Part shown: in pieces, positions 28,072-39,344 of the stretch
How positions within the stretch are numbered: position 1 is the stretch's first letter
Layout: every line of letters begins with the position of its first letter
Source of the DNA: Heterodontus francisci
Taxonomy: Eukaryota
NCBI RefSeq assembly: GCF_036365525.1
Contig: NC_090399.1
Coordinates: forward strand, 11,531,558-11,595,557
Direction: 5' to 3'
DNA length: 64,000 nucleotides
Made by a program: the position numbers and the translations under genes
The notes under the pieces: generated by a model
Databases searched by the model: none
The model's input: only the letters and a program-made list of their open reading frames with translations
Told to the model about the DNA's origin: nothing

Positions 28072-28100
28072 GGGGTTTCCCAACAGCCAACTTTAAATAG
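28072..28100 (+). promoter_or_regulatory. Gene B core promoter: consensus NF-kB site GGGGTTTCCC, 10 bp, TTTAAATAG
   Basis: Exact GGGRNWYYCC match about 130 bp upstream of the ATG. Confidence 0.7.
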
Positions 28101-28207
28101 AGCTCCCAGTCCCCACACTGCCATATACAAAAGCCCAGGCAGTGTGAGCATTGCAACAACGCCCCGGGCCACACTGACTGTACCTGTTTGGCAAGTAGAC
28201 TGCAAGC

Positions 28208-28384
28208 ATGAATAATGAACGCATGTTGCTAGCTGCTGAGATGGGAGGACAGATTGTTGAGAAGCAGACTGATGTTAAGAACCATCGCCTCTGCCAGGTT
28301 CTCTGTGCGATCACTGCCCTTGGCTTGGTGACCTTTGCTTCATATCTGCTCCTCGGTCAACTCGGAGTTTTATCGTCAAAACAG
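28208..28384 (+). CDS. TNF-like gene B, exon 1 (cytoplasmic tail and TM helix)
   Basis: MNNERMLLAAE..LCAITALGLVTFASYLLLGQLGVLSSKQ|gtgcgt; 177 nt, phase 0. Confidence 0.88.
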
Positions 28385-30039
28385 GTGCGTAGATTTATCT
28401 TACAAAAGAGACCGCTGTCAGTCTTTACCAGCTCCCTTTCTACCTTCCTTTCTCTCTCTTTCTCTCTTTCGATTCTTGTGTGAAAATAAGTTGTCTCTGT
28501 GTTTTAACGAGATGTTAATCACTTCAGACAAGAAGTTTCTTGCTTAATCATATCTCTGGCCCGTATCACTCTGTGTGTTAGTTGATAAGTTAATGAGTGA
28601 TGTATCTCCATATGAATGTCCGTCCAACACTGAAAGATGAATGTGTTCATTCCGTGCTATTTCATGATTAGTATAATTTACCTGCTAAGAGCCATTCACT
28701 CCATTTTTGGGTTAGATCTTGACTTTGGGGATGGTATAAAATGAGTGACAGCAAATCCGCTGCCTGATTTACATAGAAACGTAGAAGCACGGAAAATTTA
28801 CAGCACAGAAGGAGGCCATTCAGCCCATCATGCCTGTACAGGCTCTTTGAAAGAGCTCTCCAATTAATCCCATTTCCCCTGCTTTTTCCCCAGGGCCCTG
28901 CAAAACTTTCCCTGATTTTTATTTCCATTGAAGTAAAACGGGCAACCAATTTGCAATCGCCTGTCTTACTATCCCGCAAGAGTCAAGATCTAAACCCTTT
29001 GAGTCGACATCATAGAAACAATTCTGCAAAGAATTTCCTTCTCTATTGGACACTCCTCAGTGTTCGCTCCTCCCTGGGTTCAGCTCGCCCATTTTGTTTA
29101 ATGTTTCTATAAGTCCAATGTTGTTCCCTTAGAGTTCAGGCGCACCTTTAGCAAGCTGAAGGAGGTTCCATTTCCAGGCCTTTTCCCCTTCCTGTCTGAC
29201 GCGGGCCCTTTAGCTTATTAGCAAAGGGAGGTGCGTGCAGTGGTGTCACCATTAATCTCCTCCCCCGCCAGAGGAAATCAGCAAGTAATCGATGACTGAG
29301 TAGCAAGAGTGTCGCTAAGACTCAATGTGGGTGTATCTTCATTGCCTGTAAAGTGACCTAGCAAGCCAGTCTGAACAACTAGGAATGGGCAGATTCCTGG
29401 AGGTTTTAATCACACGATCTCCCATCTTCAGGCACCCTGCCACACCACCCCCCCACTCCTACCATTGGTTGCCCAACACAACTACCCTGGCGGCACCCTG
29501 TTTTCTCACAGCCAATCGGACAGCAAATAGACCCATGAATATCCGATTGGATGATTCTTGACTATCAGTCAAACAGCCCTTTTAGTTGCCTCTCTGATAT
29601 TTTTAAAACTAGTGCACAAAAGCGCTCAATGCAAATTTAAAGAAAAGCAATTCTTTTTTGCAATGCTCTGGATGATTTTTCCCTTGGTGTTGCTTGTCAC
29701 AGTGTCCTGGAGATTGTTCTTTAACTCCTGAAGGCTCCAGGGGCAATCCTGGAGGGTTGGCAGTGAATGGTGTCCTTGCCAGCTAGGTTCGACATCCTGA
29801 GAATGAGTTCTGTGCCATATGTGTCGTAGCCCCTCACAGATCCCGGGGATCACAGGAGTTTAACAAGCATGAACATTCCCTGGAATGTATGCAACTACTC
29901 ATGCTCCCTCTCCCCTTGTTTCAAAGCAGTTTCCCAGTTTTTCTCCACTCCTACTCTGCACAAGAGGCCAGAGATCTCAGAGGGTTGGAGGGCTGGAGGA
30001 GGTCACTTTCCACTCTCATGAATATTGATGTTATCCAAA

Positions 30040-30480
30040 ACTCCAATGTCTGCATCCTAACTCACATCAACACCCATTCTACCAAGGGCCACCCTGTGTT
30101 GCATTGGCACCTGGTCCGTCTGTGTTTTGAATTTAAAATGATTACCCTCATTTTCAAATCCCTCCCTGACCTTATCGCTCCCTATTTCTACACTCTCCTC
30201 CAGCCCTACGCTCTCTGAAATCGCTGTGCCCCTCCAATTTCTGGCATCCTGCACACCCCCAGTTTCATTAGTCCACCCTTCAGCAACCATGCCTTCAGCT
30301 GCCTGGACCCTAAGCTCTGAAATTCCCTCTCAAACTCTGCTTCCTCCTTTTTAAGGCGCTACTTAAAACAAACCTACCGTTTTTGCTTCTGCTAATATCT
30401 CCTTAATTGGTTCAGGGTCTGATGGCACTCCTATGCAGCGCTTTGGGATGTTTTAGCATGTTAAATGCAAGTTGGTGTTT
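30040..30480 (+). mobile_element. L2-type LINE 3' fragment
   Basis: Degenerate IQNS..ILTHI..HPVLHW..FKMITLIFKSL..APYFYTLLQPY; related to 49270-50100. Confidence 0.6.
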
Positions 30481-30539
30481 TTAGCGATAAGGAGAGGCAA
30501 GGCCATGGAGAGACATGTTGTCCTTGTTTGTTCCCATAG

Positions 30540-30612
30540 AAAACGGCTCTGATCGTAAAGTCTGCCCAGGGTCAGGGTGTAGGAGACCTGCCAGCGGAAC
30601 CTCTTAATGATG
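30540..30612 (+). CDS. TNF-like gene B, exon 2
   Basis: ttcccatag|AAA...GATG|gtgagt; 73 nt, phase 0 to 1; KTALIVKSAQGQGVGDLPAEPLND, similar to gene A exon 2 at both ends. Confidence 0.8.
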
Positions 30613-30725
30613 GTGAGTGTTCTCCCTCTCTCGTTCACTTTCACCTGTTATCAGTTTCGGTACAGGGGTGTTACATTGGTGATTTACCAGATCATCATAC
30701 TGAGAGCCCTGCTTTTCTTTTTCAG

Positions 30726-30788
30726 ACCTGCCTCGTCTAATGAATGTGGTGGGGAAAGCTCCAAAGAAGATTGCAGTCCATCTGACAG
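30726..30788 (+). CDS. TNF-like gene B, exon 3
   Basis: tttttcag|AC...ACAG|gtaggt; 63 nt; DLPRLMNVVGKAPKKIAVHLT. Confidence 0.88.
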
Positions 30789-30919
30789 GTAGGTGACCAT
30801 CTATGTATAAAGGTCTTGAATCTAAGGCTGGTCTGTCATCACTGAAGACATCAGACTCCAGATGCCAGACTTCATTCTTTAAGCCAAGTGAAGAAGGAAG
30901 CCAGTCATTGACCTTTCTG

Positions 30920-31930
30920 CTTGAAGCACTTTACACCTGTACATGTGCAGCATGCTCTGCTGGTACATGTGAACCCGTCTCTGCCTGCACAGGTGAGGAA
31001 CACCACCCTGTACAGGTGAAGTAGTCCCTGCCTATACTAGTACAGTAGTCTCTACCTGCACTGGCAAGGCACTATCTGCCTATACAGGTGAAGCAGTCTC
31101 TGCCTGTACAGGTGAAGCAGCTGCAACATGTGCAGGTGAAGCACTCTGTTCCTGTACATGTGGCTCTGCTTGTACAGGTGAAGCAGCCTCTACCTGTAGT
31201 GATGAAGAACTCTCTACCTGTACAGGTGGAGTACTCTCTGCCTGTACGTAGGAACATAGGACTCAGGAGCAGGAGTAAGCCATTCAGACATTCGATAAGA
31301 TCGTGGATGTTGTGAACAAATTTCTACCTGTGGAAGTCTCCGCCTGTACAGGTGAGGCGATCTCTGCCTGTACAGGTGAACCACTCTCTGTCTATACAGG
31401 TGAAGTAGTCTCTGCCTGTAGAGGTGAAGGCCTTGCTGCCTCTATAGGTGAAGCACTCTCTGCCTGTACATGCAACCCATTTCTACCTGTACAGGTGAGG
31501 CAGTCTCTGCCTGTACAGGTGAAGCACTCTCAACCTGTACATGTGAACCTGTTTCTACCTGTACAAGTAAAGCAGTTTCCACCTATACCAAATAAAGTAG
31601 TGTCCGTTTGTACATGTGAACCTGTTTCTGCTTGTACAGGTGAAGCAGTCTCCATTTGTGCATGTAAAGCTGTCTCTGCATGTACAGCTGAAGTACTCTC
31701 CGCCTGTACAGGTGAACCTATTTCTACCTGTACAGGTGAGACAGTCTCTGCCTGTACAGACAAAGCACACGCAACCTGTACATGTGAACCTGTTTCCACC
31801 TGTACAAGTGAAGCAGTTTCCATTTGTACACGTGAGTATGTTTCTGCCTGTACAGGTGAGGCAGTCTCTGCCTGGCTGGTGAAATTATTCTCTCTGCACA
31901 GGTGAAGTATTCTCATTCCATACAGGCAGA
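30920..31930. repeat. 24-bp minisatellite in gene B intron 3
   Basis: Unit ~tacaggtgaagcagtctctgcctg, roughly 40 diverged copies, with a short retroposon-tail piece near 31250-31310. Confidence 0.93.
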
Positions 31931-32082
31931 GAATGCACTTCTAAACAACCTCTTAAAACACACAGACCTGGTAATTGATAGTGAGTGGGAAGAATGGTCT
32001 GGAGAAAACAAGCATGGTGTGGTCACATTTTTCTATTCTTGTGATGAATTTCATCCCTACATTCTGTTCTTCCTCTCCTCAG

Positions 32083-32492
32083 CCTCTTTAAACACACGAG
32101 GAAAGAAGAAAGTGACCTGGCAGAGAAAGGGAGGCCTCCCTAGTGGTGTGGAGTTCAAGGACAATGGTCTTGTCATCAGGATCCCTGGTCGGTACTTTGT
32201 CTACACCCAGGTGGTCTTCTACAGCAGGGGCTGTCAGAACAAGCCCATCTATCTGAGTCACGAGCTCTACAAGCTCTCGACTTCCATCAGAACCAAGACG
32301 ACTCTGCTCAGCACAATGAAGTCCACCTGCCACTCCGTCCAACACGGAGACCCCTGGTACAAGACCACGTACCAGGGCGCCACTTTTGAGTTTGTGGGGG
32401 GAGATCACATCTTCTCCAGGGTTGGTGGGAATGAAGTGCATTACGTGAACACTGAAGTGGGAAAGAGCTACTTTGGGTTATTTGCTTTGTGA
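32083..32492 (+). CDS. TNF-like gene B, exon 4 (THD); spliced product 240 aa
   Basis: VTW..GRYFVYTQVVF..GC..KSTC..PWY..YQGATFEF..GDHI..KSYFGLFAL*; 177+73+63+410=723 nt. Confidence 0.95.
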
Positions 32493-33882
32493 AGAGAATG
32501 ATAGGGCTTTTCATCCCTCCCCCAACCCAAGCAGACAGCGATGAGGACTAAAGAAAATCTGAATGAATAAAGTCTAAGGGAGTAGGAGACAGGAATTCCT
32601 GGGCCTGGAGAGTGGGGGGAAGGGTGAAGAGGAGAGGGGGATGGAGCAGCAGGGTGGAGTTTGGATAAGCTCCTGGTTCTGCTAAGTTACTCTGAAAGTT
32701 GAGACGGGAGACAAGGCTGACACCTACATGTGGCAGCTCTGAAAGAGAAATTCTTGAACACCCCTTTACCAACTCTGATCAAACTGAACACGAGCGGGAA
32801 CCAAGTATTTGTGACACTATCCTTAGCCCTAGGACCACTGGAAGATTCCTCAGAACATGCTCCTGTGTTTAATAAGGTTATTCCTGAAGAAGGAGGTGCA
32901 AGGGTTGTTCTCCTTGGAGCAGAGAAGGCTAAAAGGTGGTTTGATAGAGTTGTTTAAAGACATGAAGGATTCAGATAGATTAAATGAAGGGAAACTGTTT
33001 GCAATGGCTTGATAACCAGAGCGTACAGATTTAAGGTGATTGGCAAAAGAACCGGAGGTGACCTGAGGAAAAAGTTAGGATATGGAAAGTACTGCCTGAT
33101 AGGAGGGTGGATAGCATTTCAATAGTAACCTTCAAAAGGGCATTGAATAAATATTTCAAAGAGAAAAAAATTGCAGGGGAAAGAGTGGGGAAGTGGGACT
33201 AACTAAGTTGCTCTTCAAAAGAGCTGGCACAGACTCGAGGGGCCGAATGGCCTACCTTCATGCTGTATCATTCAATGATTTCATGGATTAAGGAAATTCC
33301 CAGATCCGCAAATGGAATCTCAGTCTGATATTTAGATTGTTGAACCTGTGTGACCAGATACTGGTCTTTCGACCAGTATGTCTTGTACCGTATAAGGTAA
33401 CTTATATAATATATCTAAGATAATTTTCATGGTGTTATATTTTATTTTTATTTATTCATTGATATTTAATTTTGAATGTAACTTGTACTGATTTGTCACT
33501 GGGGAAGTATTAATTGCTGGTTGGAAATTTCTCACTTCTCAGCTCCTGGAACAGGCCGGGAGCAGATTTTGGGAAATTTCGTGATTCCCTGCCCCTCCCC
33601 CTCCATCTCCCCTTCCCCATTCCATGATTTTCCACCTATTAATGGAAATTTGTGATGCAGAACTTCCCAACATGCTGCAGGAACTGAGGCGAGTGAATGG
33701 TTGCTATGGAAATCTTGTGCTCTCACAACGCGCTGACAGAATTTTAGGAATATATTCTCGGAGTGTAGGCCTCACTGGCATGGTCTGGATTTATTTGATC
33801 TAAGAAGGTAGTGGTGTGCCAAATTCTGCCACAAAATTGTTTTGATACATACTGAAGAACGTAAGAAATAGGAGCAGGAATT

Positions 33883-34236
33883 GGCACAGTGGCGCAGTGG
33901 TTAGCACCGCAGCCTCACAGCTCCAGCGACCCTGGTTCAATTCTGGGTACTGCCTGTGTGGAGTTTGCAAGTTCTCCCTGTGTCTGCATGGGTTTTCTCC
34001 GGGTGCTCCGGTTTCCTCCCACAAGCCAAAAGACTTGCAGGTTGGTAGGTAAATTGGCCATTATAAATTGCCCCTAGTATAGGTAGGTGGTAGGGAAATA
34101 TAGGGACAGGTGGGGATGTGGTAGGAATATGGGATTAGTGTAGGATTAGTATAAATGGGTGGTTGATGGTCGGCACAGACTCGGTGGGCCGAAGGGCCTG
34201 TTTCAGTGCTGTATCTCTAAACTAAACTAAACTAAA
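33883..34236 (+). mobile_element. tRNA-derived V-SINE (HE1-like)
   Basis: A box tggcgcagtgg, B box ggttcaattc, V-domain gggttt..tccgggtgctccggtttcctcccaca, CR1-like tail with (ctaaa)n. Confidence 0.88.
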
Positions 34237-35330
34237 TTCCACCCCTCGAGCCTGCCCTGCCATTCAACAAGATCATGGCTCATTTGATGAAGGGCCACTG
34301 ACCTGAAAGGTTAACTCTGCTTCTCTTTCCACAGACGCTGCCAGAGCTGCTGAGTATTTCCAGCGTTTCTTGTTTTTATTTCAGATTTCCAACATCCGCA
34401 GTATTTTGCGTTTATATCATGGCTCATTTGATCTAACCTTGGCCTCCACTCCACTTTCCTGCATGTTGTCCATAACCCTTGACTCCCTTATAGTTCAAAA
34501 CTACAACACTTGCTCAAGTCAGCCATCTTGTTGTGGGACTGACCAGATAGTGACGGCAGTTTTGCCCCTCGAAAGGGCATTAATTAACCAGCTGGGTTTT
34601 AACAACAACCTGACAGCTTCATGGACACTTTTACTGAGAACAGCTTTTTATATTTCTAGTTTTTTATTTAAACTGAACTCAGATTCTCAAACTGCCAATA
34701 GCGGGGTTTGAACTGAGCACTTGCTGGATTACTAGACACAGTAACATAGCCATTACTTCACTGTACCCCTTTGGGTGCAATTTGCTTCAAACTTCATTTC
34801 CTCGTGGCGTGCTTGTTTTTTTTTTAGCTGTCTGATTAAGGATTCTAGTGTAGAATGATGCTGACTGCGCCCATCAAGAAACGGGTTAACCACCACCACA
34901 GAGTAGTGCAGATAGGAATTGGACACGAATGTGTCAACTTGTACACTAAAAATAGGGTGCAGAGGAATTCACACCTCCAAAAGAGTGTTCCAGCTCGCTG
35001 TGACCCAACTATGTGTCATGTGAAAGCACCAATCTTCTTCTGAACATATCCTCAGAGGACGAAAAAAAATGAAGCAGCTTTTTTAAAATCTATTAGCCGA
35101 TGTCTCGCAAGACATTCCTCGTCGATTGTTCGAGAATATAAAGGCAGGAGTGTCACACCATGAAGCACATTTTGCAGCCTAATTCCTTCCGAGGTACATT
35201 CCGAAATCAGTAATTGTTTCTCTTGCAGCGGCTTGTAAATCCCCAAAGTCCGCGAAAACTGCCAATAAAATGGCTGGCTCTCTTTATTTTGCATCTGTGA
35301 CAAAGCGTGACACTGAAAAAATAGCACCCG

Positions 35331-35478
35331 ATGTGTGAGAAACACATTTTATGCTGCATGTATCATTTTTTTTAAATGTATTTTGAATGTATTTATGCTA
35401 TTTTTATGCTATTTCTGAATATGGAATGCCATGCAGTATTCTGTCTACAGACAAAACCGACTATACACAAGTAATAAA
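35331..35478 (+). promoter_or_regulatory. Probable gene B 3'UTR end and polyA signal
   Basis: ttttgaatgtattta and AATAAAgtatttt (35473) resemble the gene A end (ttttggaatgtattta, AATAAAgtatttt). Confidence 0.55.
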
Positions 35479-35849
35479 GTATTTTTATAACTCAGCTCAT
35501 TCCTCCGATACTCATTCCTCCGTTTCCTGCTCAGTACAAGCCATCAATCCCGCCCTGAATTTTCTTGGAGCTTTTGGGGAATGCAGTGGGGCAGGCTGGA
35601 GGAAGTGGGTAGGAACGTTGAGACAAGACCCAGTGAGGTCAGTTCCCTGCCCCTCCTTTACACTGAAACTTCTGCCCACCTACAAAATGGCAGGCAAGGG
35701 ATGTTCCCTCCTCCAAATGGCGGAACAGGATGTGTGCCCATCCCACTACAAATGGGTGAAGATGGGGCGTTTCCTCTCCAAATGGGCAAGTAGTGGGTGT
35801 GCCCCCTACAAATGGGCAGGATCATTCAATGGCGTGAATGGCATCATTA

Positions 35850-36192
35850 GGGCGGCACAGTGGCGCAGTGGTTAGCACCGCAGCCTCATAGCTCCAGGGA
35901 CCCGGGTTCGATTCTGGGTACTGCCTGTGTGGAGTTTACAAGTTCTCCCTGTGTCTGCGTGGGTTTCCTCCGGGTGCTCCGGTTTCCTCCCACAAGCCAA
36001 AAGACTTGCAGGTTGATAGGTAAATTGGCCATTATAAATTGTCACTAGTATAGGTAGGTGGTAGGGAAATATAGGGACAGGTGGGGATGTTTGGTAGGAA
36101 TATGGGATTAGTGTAGGATTAGTATAAATGGGTGGTTGATGTTCGGCACAGACTCGGTGGGCCGAAGGGCCTGTTTCAGTGCTGTATCTCTA
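35850..36192 (+). mobile_element. HE1-like V-SINE
   Basis: Near-identical to the copy at 33883. Confidence 0.88.
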
Positions 36193-36359
36193 ATCATAAT
36201 CAACAGATTCATTCTTGCAATTACTGCCTTTGCTACGCTTAGTGCAAAGCACACTTGAGTGGCTCAGGAGCCCAGTGTTGATTAAAGGCATCTGATTCTG
36301 CTATTGATTCAAGGATAGGGTTTATCTCCAGATCAACATGGACAGTATGAGGGAAAGAG

Positions 36360-37502
36360 AAACAGTGGGCGTTACTTGGAAATGGGGAGGGCATTTAATT
36401 GGGCGAAATGATGGCGGGTGGGGACCCCACCACCTTCCCACCTCCACCTCAATTAAGGGCGTGATGGGAAGGCCCATGGACAGCCTTCCCGCTTTGCTGC
36501 CAATTGAGGCCCTTAGGGGGCAATTCATGCCCGATTAATGGCCTCTTCCGGCTGCCGTTGGTATTAACCCAGTGGCGGGCAGACCTGTCGCCACACAGGG
36601 AGGACGACATGTAAACCCGTGTGGGGTTACTTGTGATTTCGTGGGTGGTTGTGGGGTGGTGGGTTCTCCCTTGTTCAGAGGCACTCAGTGTCTGATCGAG
36701 GGACCTGGCATTGGAAAGGGAGGCCTGCTGAGAGCCACCCCCACGCCCTTGCTATCGCCCGTCCACCCCCCCCACACCTCTCTCCCTTGCCACCCCCACC
36801 CCATTAAATTCCTCATGCCATCACTTAGCTCTGCCGTAGGTCACTCTGCGATCCTGGGCCTCCAGTGGGTGCCATTCGAGCAGCAGCCCAGTTAATGCCC
36901 AATTAAGGGCCTCTTCCTGCTGCTGCTGGTATTGACCCAGTGGCAGGCAGGCCTGTCACCACACGGGGAGGATGACAGGCAAACCCGTGCAGGGTTGCTT
37001 TTGGACTCCCAGGAGGTGGGGTGGAGGAAGGGGTGGGTCCCTCATTCAAAGGCACTCGGTGCCTGATTGACGATTATGGCATCGGGAAGGGGGAGCCCGC
37101 AGAGAGCCGCCCCCACTGCCGAACTCCCCCCCCACATCCCTTCCCCCATGACCCACACCCCGCAAAACCCTTCCTACCAACACTTATTTCTGGCCTGGGT
37201 CGCTCCGCAATCCTGGGCCTCCGGTGGGTGTCAATCCGGCAGCAACCACTACCTATCCAGTGGCACTGCCAAGCAAAAGAGTTGCCAGCCTCTGATTGGC
37301 CAGCAGCTCTTGGGAGGCAGGTCTTCCCGTCCCCAGGGTCCTAATCCCTGGAAAGGCCCGCCCATGGCCTCTCAAGTGCCTAATTGGCGAATCATACAGG
37401 GGACCTACTCCAAAGGGGGCAACATGGGTCTCTTGTCAGCTTTCCAGCTGGTGACGGAGACACCCCCGCCTTCCCCACCCCTCACCTCCATAAAATTCCC
37501 CT
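36360..37502. repeat. GC-rich interspersed repeat with an internal ~370-bp tandem duplication
   Basis: About 36535-36900 resembles 36900-37260 (ggcctcttcc..tggtatt.acccagtggc.ggcag..ggcactc.gtg.ctgat). Confidence 0.6.
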
Positions 37503-37505
37503 ATT

Positions 37506-37842
37506 AAGAGAGAAACAGTGGGTGAGAAACAGTGAGTGAGAAACAGCGAGTGAGAAACAATGAGAGAGAAACGTGAGAGAAACCGAGTGCAAAACAATGA
37601 AAGAAAAACAGTGAATGAGAAACTGAGAAAAACAAGAGACACAGTGACTAATATTGAGGGAAACAGTGAGTGAGAAACAGTGAGAGCGAAGCAGTGTATG
37701 AGGAACAGTGAGAGAGAAACTGGGAGTGTAAAATAGTGAGGGAGAAACAGGGAGAGGGAAACAGTGAATTTGAAACAGAGAGGGAGAAACAGCAAGTGAG
37801 AAAGAGAGAAACAGTGAGACAGAAACGGTGAGAGGGAAACGG
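37506..37842. repeat. Degenerate GAGAAACAGT tandem repeat
   Basis: Repeated gagaaacagtgagt-like units; resumes near 39145 after a LINE insertion. Confidence 0.85.
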
Positions 37843-39140
37843 TTCCTAGGCCCGACCATCTTTCAGCTGCTTCATCAATGACCTGTCCTCCATCATAAGG
37901 TCAGAAATGTGGCTGTTCGCTGATGATTGCACAATGTTCAGTTCCATGCGCGACTCCTCAGATACTGGAACAGCCCGTGTCCATATGCAGCAAGACCTGG
38001 ACAATATCCAGGCAAGGACTGATAAGTGGTAAATAACATTCACGCCACACAAGTGCCAGGCAATGACCATCTCCAATAAGAGAGAATCTAACCATCTCCC
38101 CTTGACATTGAACAGTATTACCATTGCTGAATCCCCCACTATCAACATCTTGGGGGGTTGCCATTGACCAGAAACTGAACTGGAGTAGCCATATAAATAC
38201 CATGGCTATAAGAGCAGGTCAGAGGTAGGAATCCTGTGACGAGTAACTCACCTCCTGACTCCCCAAAGCCTGTCCACCATCCACAAGGCACAAGTCAGGA
38301 GTGTGATGATATACTCTCCACTTCCCTAGATGGGTGTAGCTCCAACAACACGGGCCGGCACAGTGGTGCAGTGGTTAGCACCACAGCCTCACAGCTCCAG
38401 CGACCCGGGTTCAGTTCTGGGTGCTGGCTGTGCGGAGTTTGCAAGTTCTCCCTGTGACCGCGTGGGTTTCCGCCAGGTGCTCCGGTTTCCTCCCACAGCC
38501 AAAGACTTGCAGGTTGTTAGGTAAATTGGCCATTGTCAATTGCCCCTAGTGTAGGTAGGTGGTGGGGATGTGGTAGAGAATATGGGATTAATGTAGGATT
38601 AGTATAAATGAGTGGTTGTTGGTCGGCACAGACTCAGTGGGCCGAAGGGCCTGTTTCAGTGCTGTATCTCTAAATAAATAAATAAAATAAATGAAAAGAA
38701 ACTCAATACCATCTAGGACAAAGTAGCCCACTTGATTGGCACCCCATCTCCAACATTTACTCCCTCCAACGCACAGTGACAGCAGTGTGTACCATCTACA
38801 AGATGCACTGCAGCAACTCACCAAGCCTCCTTTGACAACACCTTCCAAACCTGCGACCTCTACCACCTAGAAGGACAAGGGCAGCAGATGCAGGGGAACA
38901 TCACCACATGCAAGCTCCCCTCCAAGCCACACACCATCTTGACTTTGAACTATATTGCCGTTCCTTCACTGTCGCTGGGTCAAAATCCTGGAACTCCCTT
39001 CCGAACAGCACTGTGGGTATACCTTTCCCACATGTACTGCAGCGGTTCAAGAAGGCAGCTCACCACCACCTTCTCAAGGGCAATTAGGGATGGGCAATAA
39101 ATGCCGGCCTAGCCAGCAACGCCCACATCCCATGAAAAAA
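37843..39140 (+). mobile_element. 5'-truncated family B LINE interrupted by an HE1-like SINE (38352-38695)
   Basis: LGPTIFSCFINDL..LFADDC coding, family B tail, and a complete SINE inside. Confidence 0.82.
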
Positions 39141-39344
39141 TTTAGAGAGAAACACAGTGAGAGAGATAAAACAGACAAAATGCGTTCAAACTGAGGAGAA
39201 CCCTCCCTGAATCTAGTATCAGTCCATCTCTTAGAGGTTGTAGGGGCTGTAGTGAGCCCATGATTAAATGAAGCAGTGTACAAAATATAATCCTGGGATG
39301 AAATCACCACTGTCCATAATTGTTGTAAAAAATAATTTCCTAGT

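Noticed and set aside
31088-31916. Cys-rich repetitive ORFs (SACTGE repeats)
   Set aside because: Open frames arise from a 24-bp unit on both strands, and the region lies within gene B intron 3.
33883-33955. tRNA gene
   Set aside because: It is the tRNA-derived head of a SINE present five times in the window.
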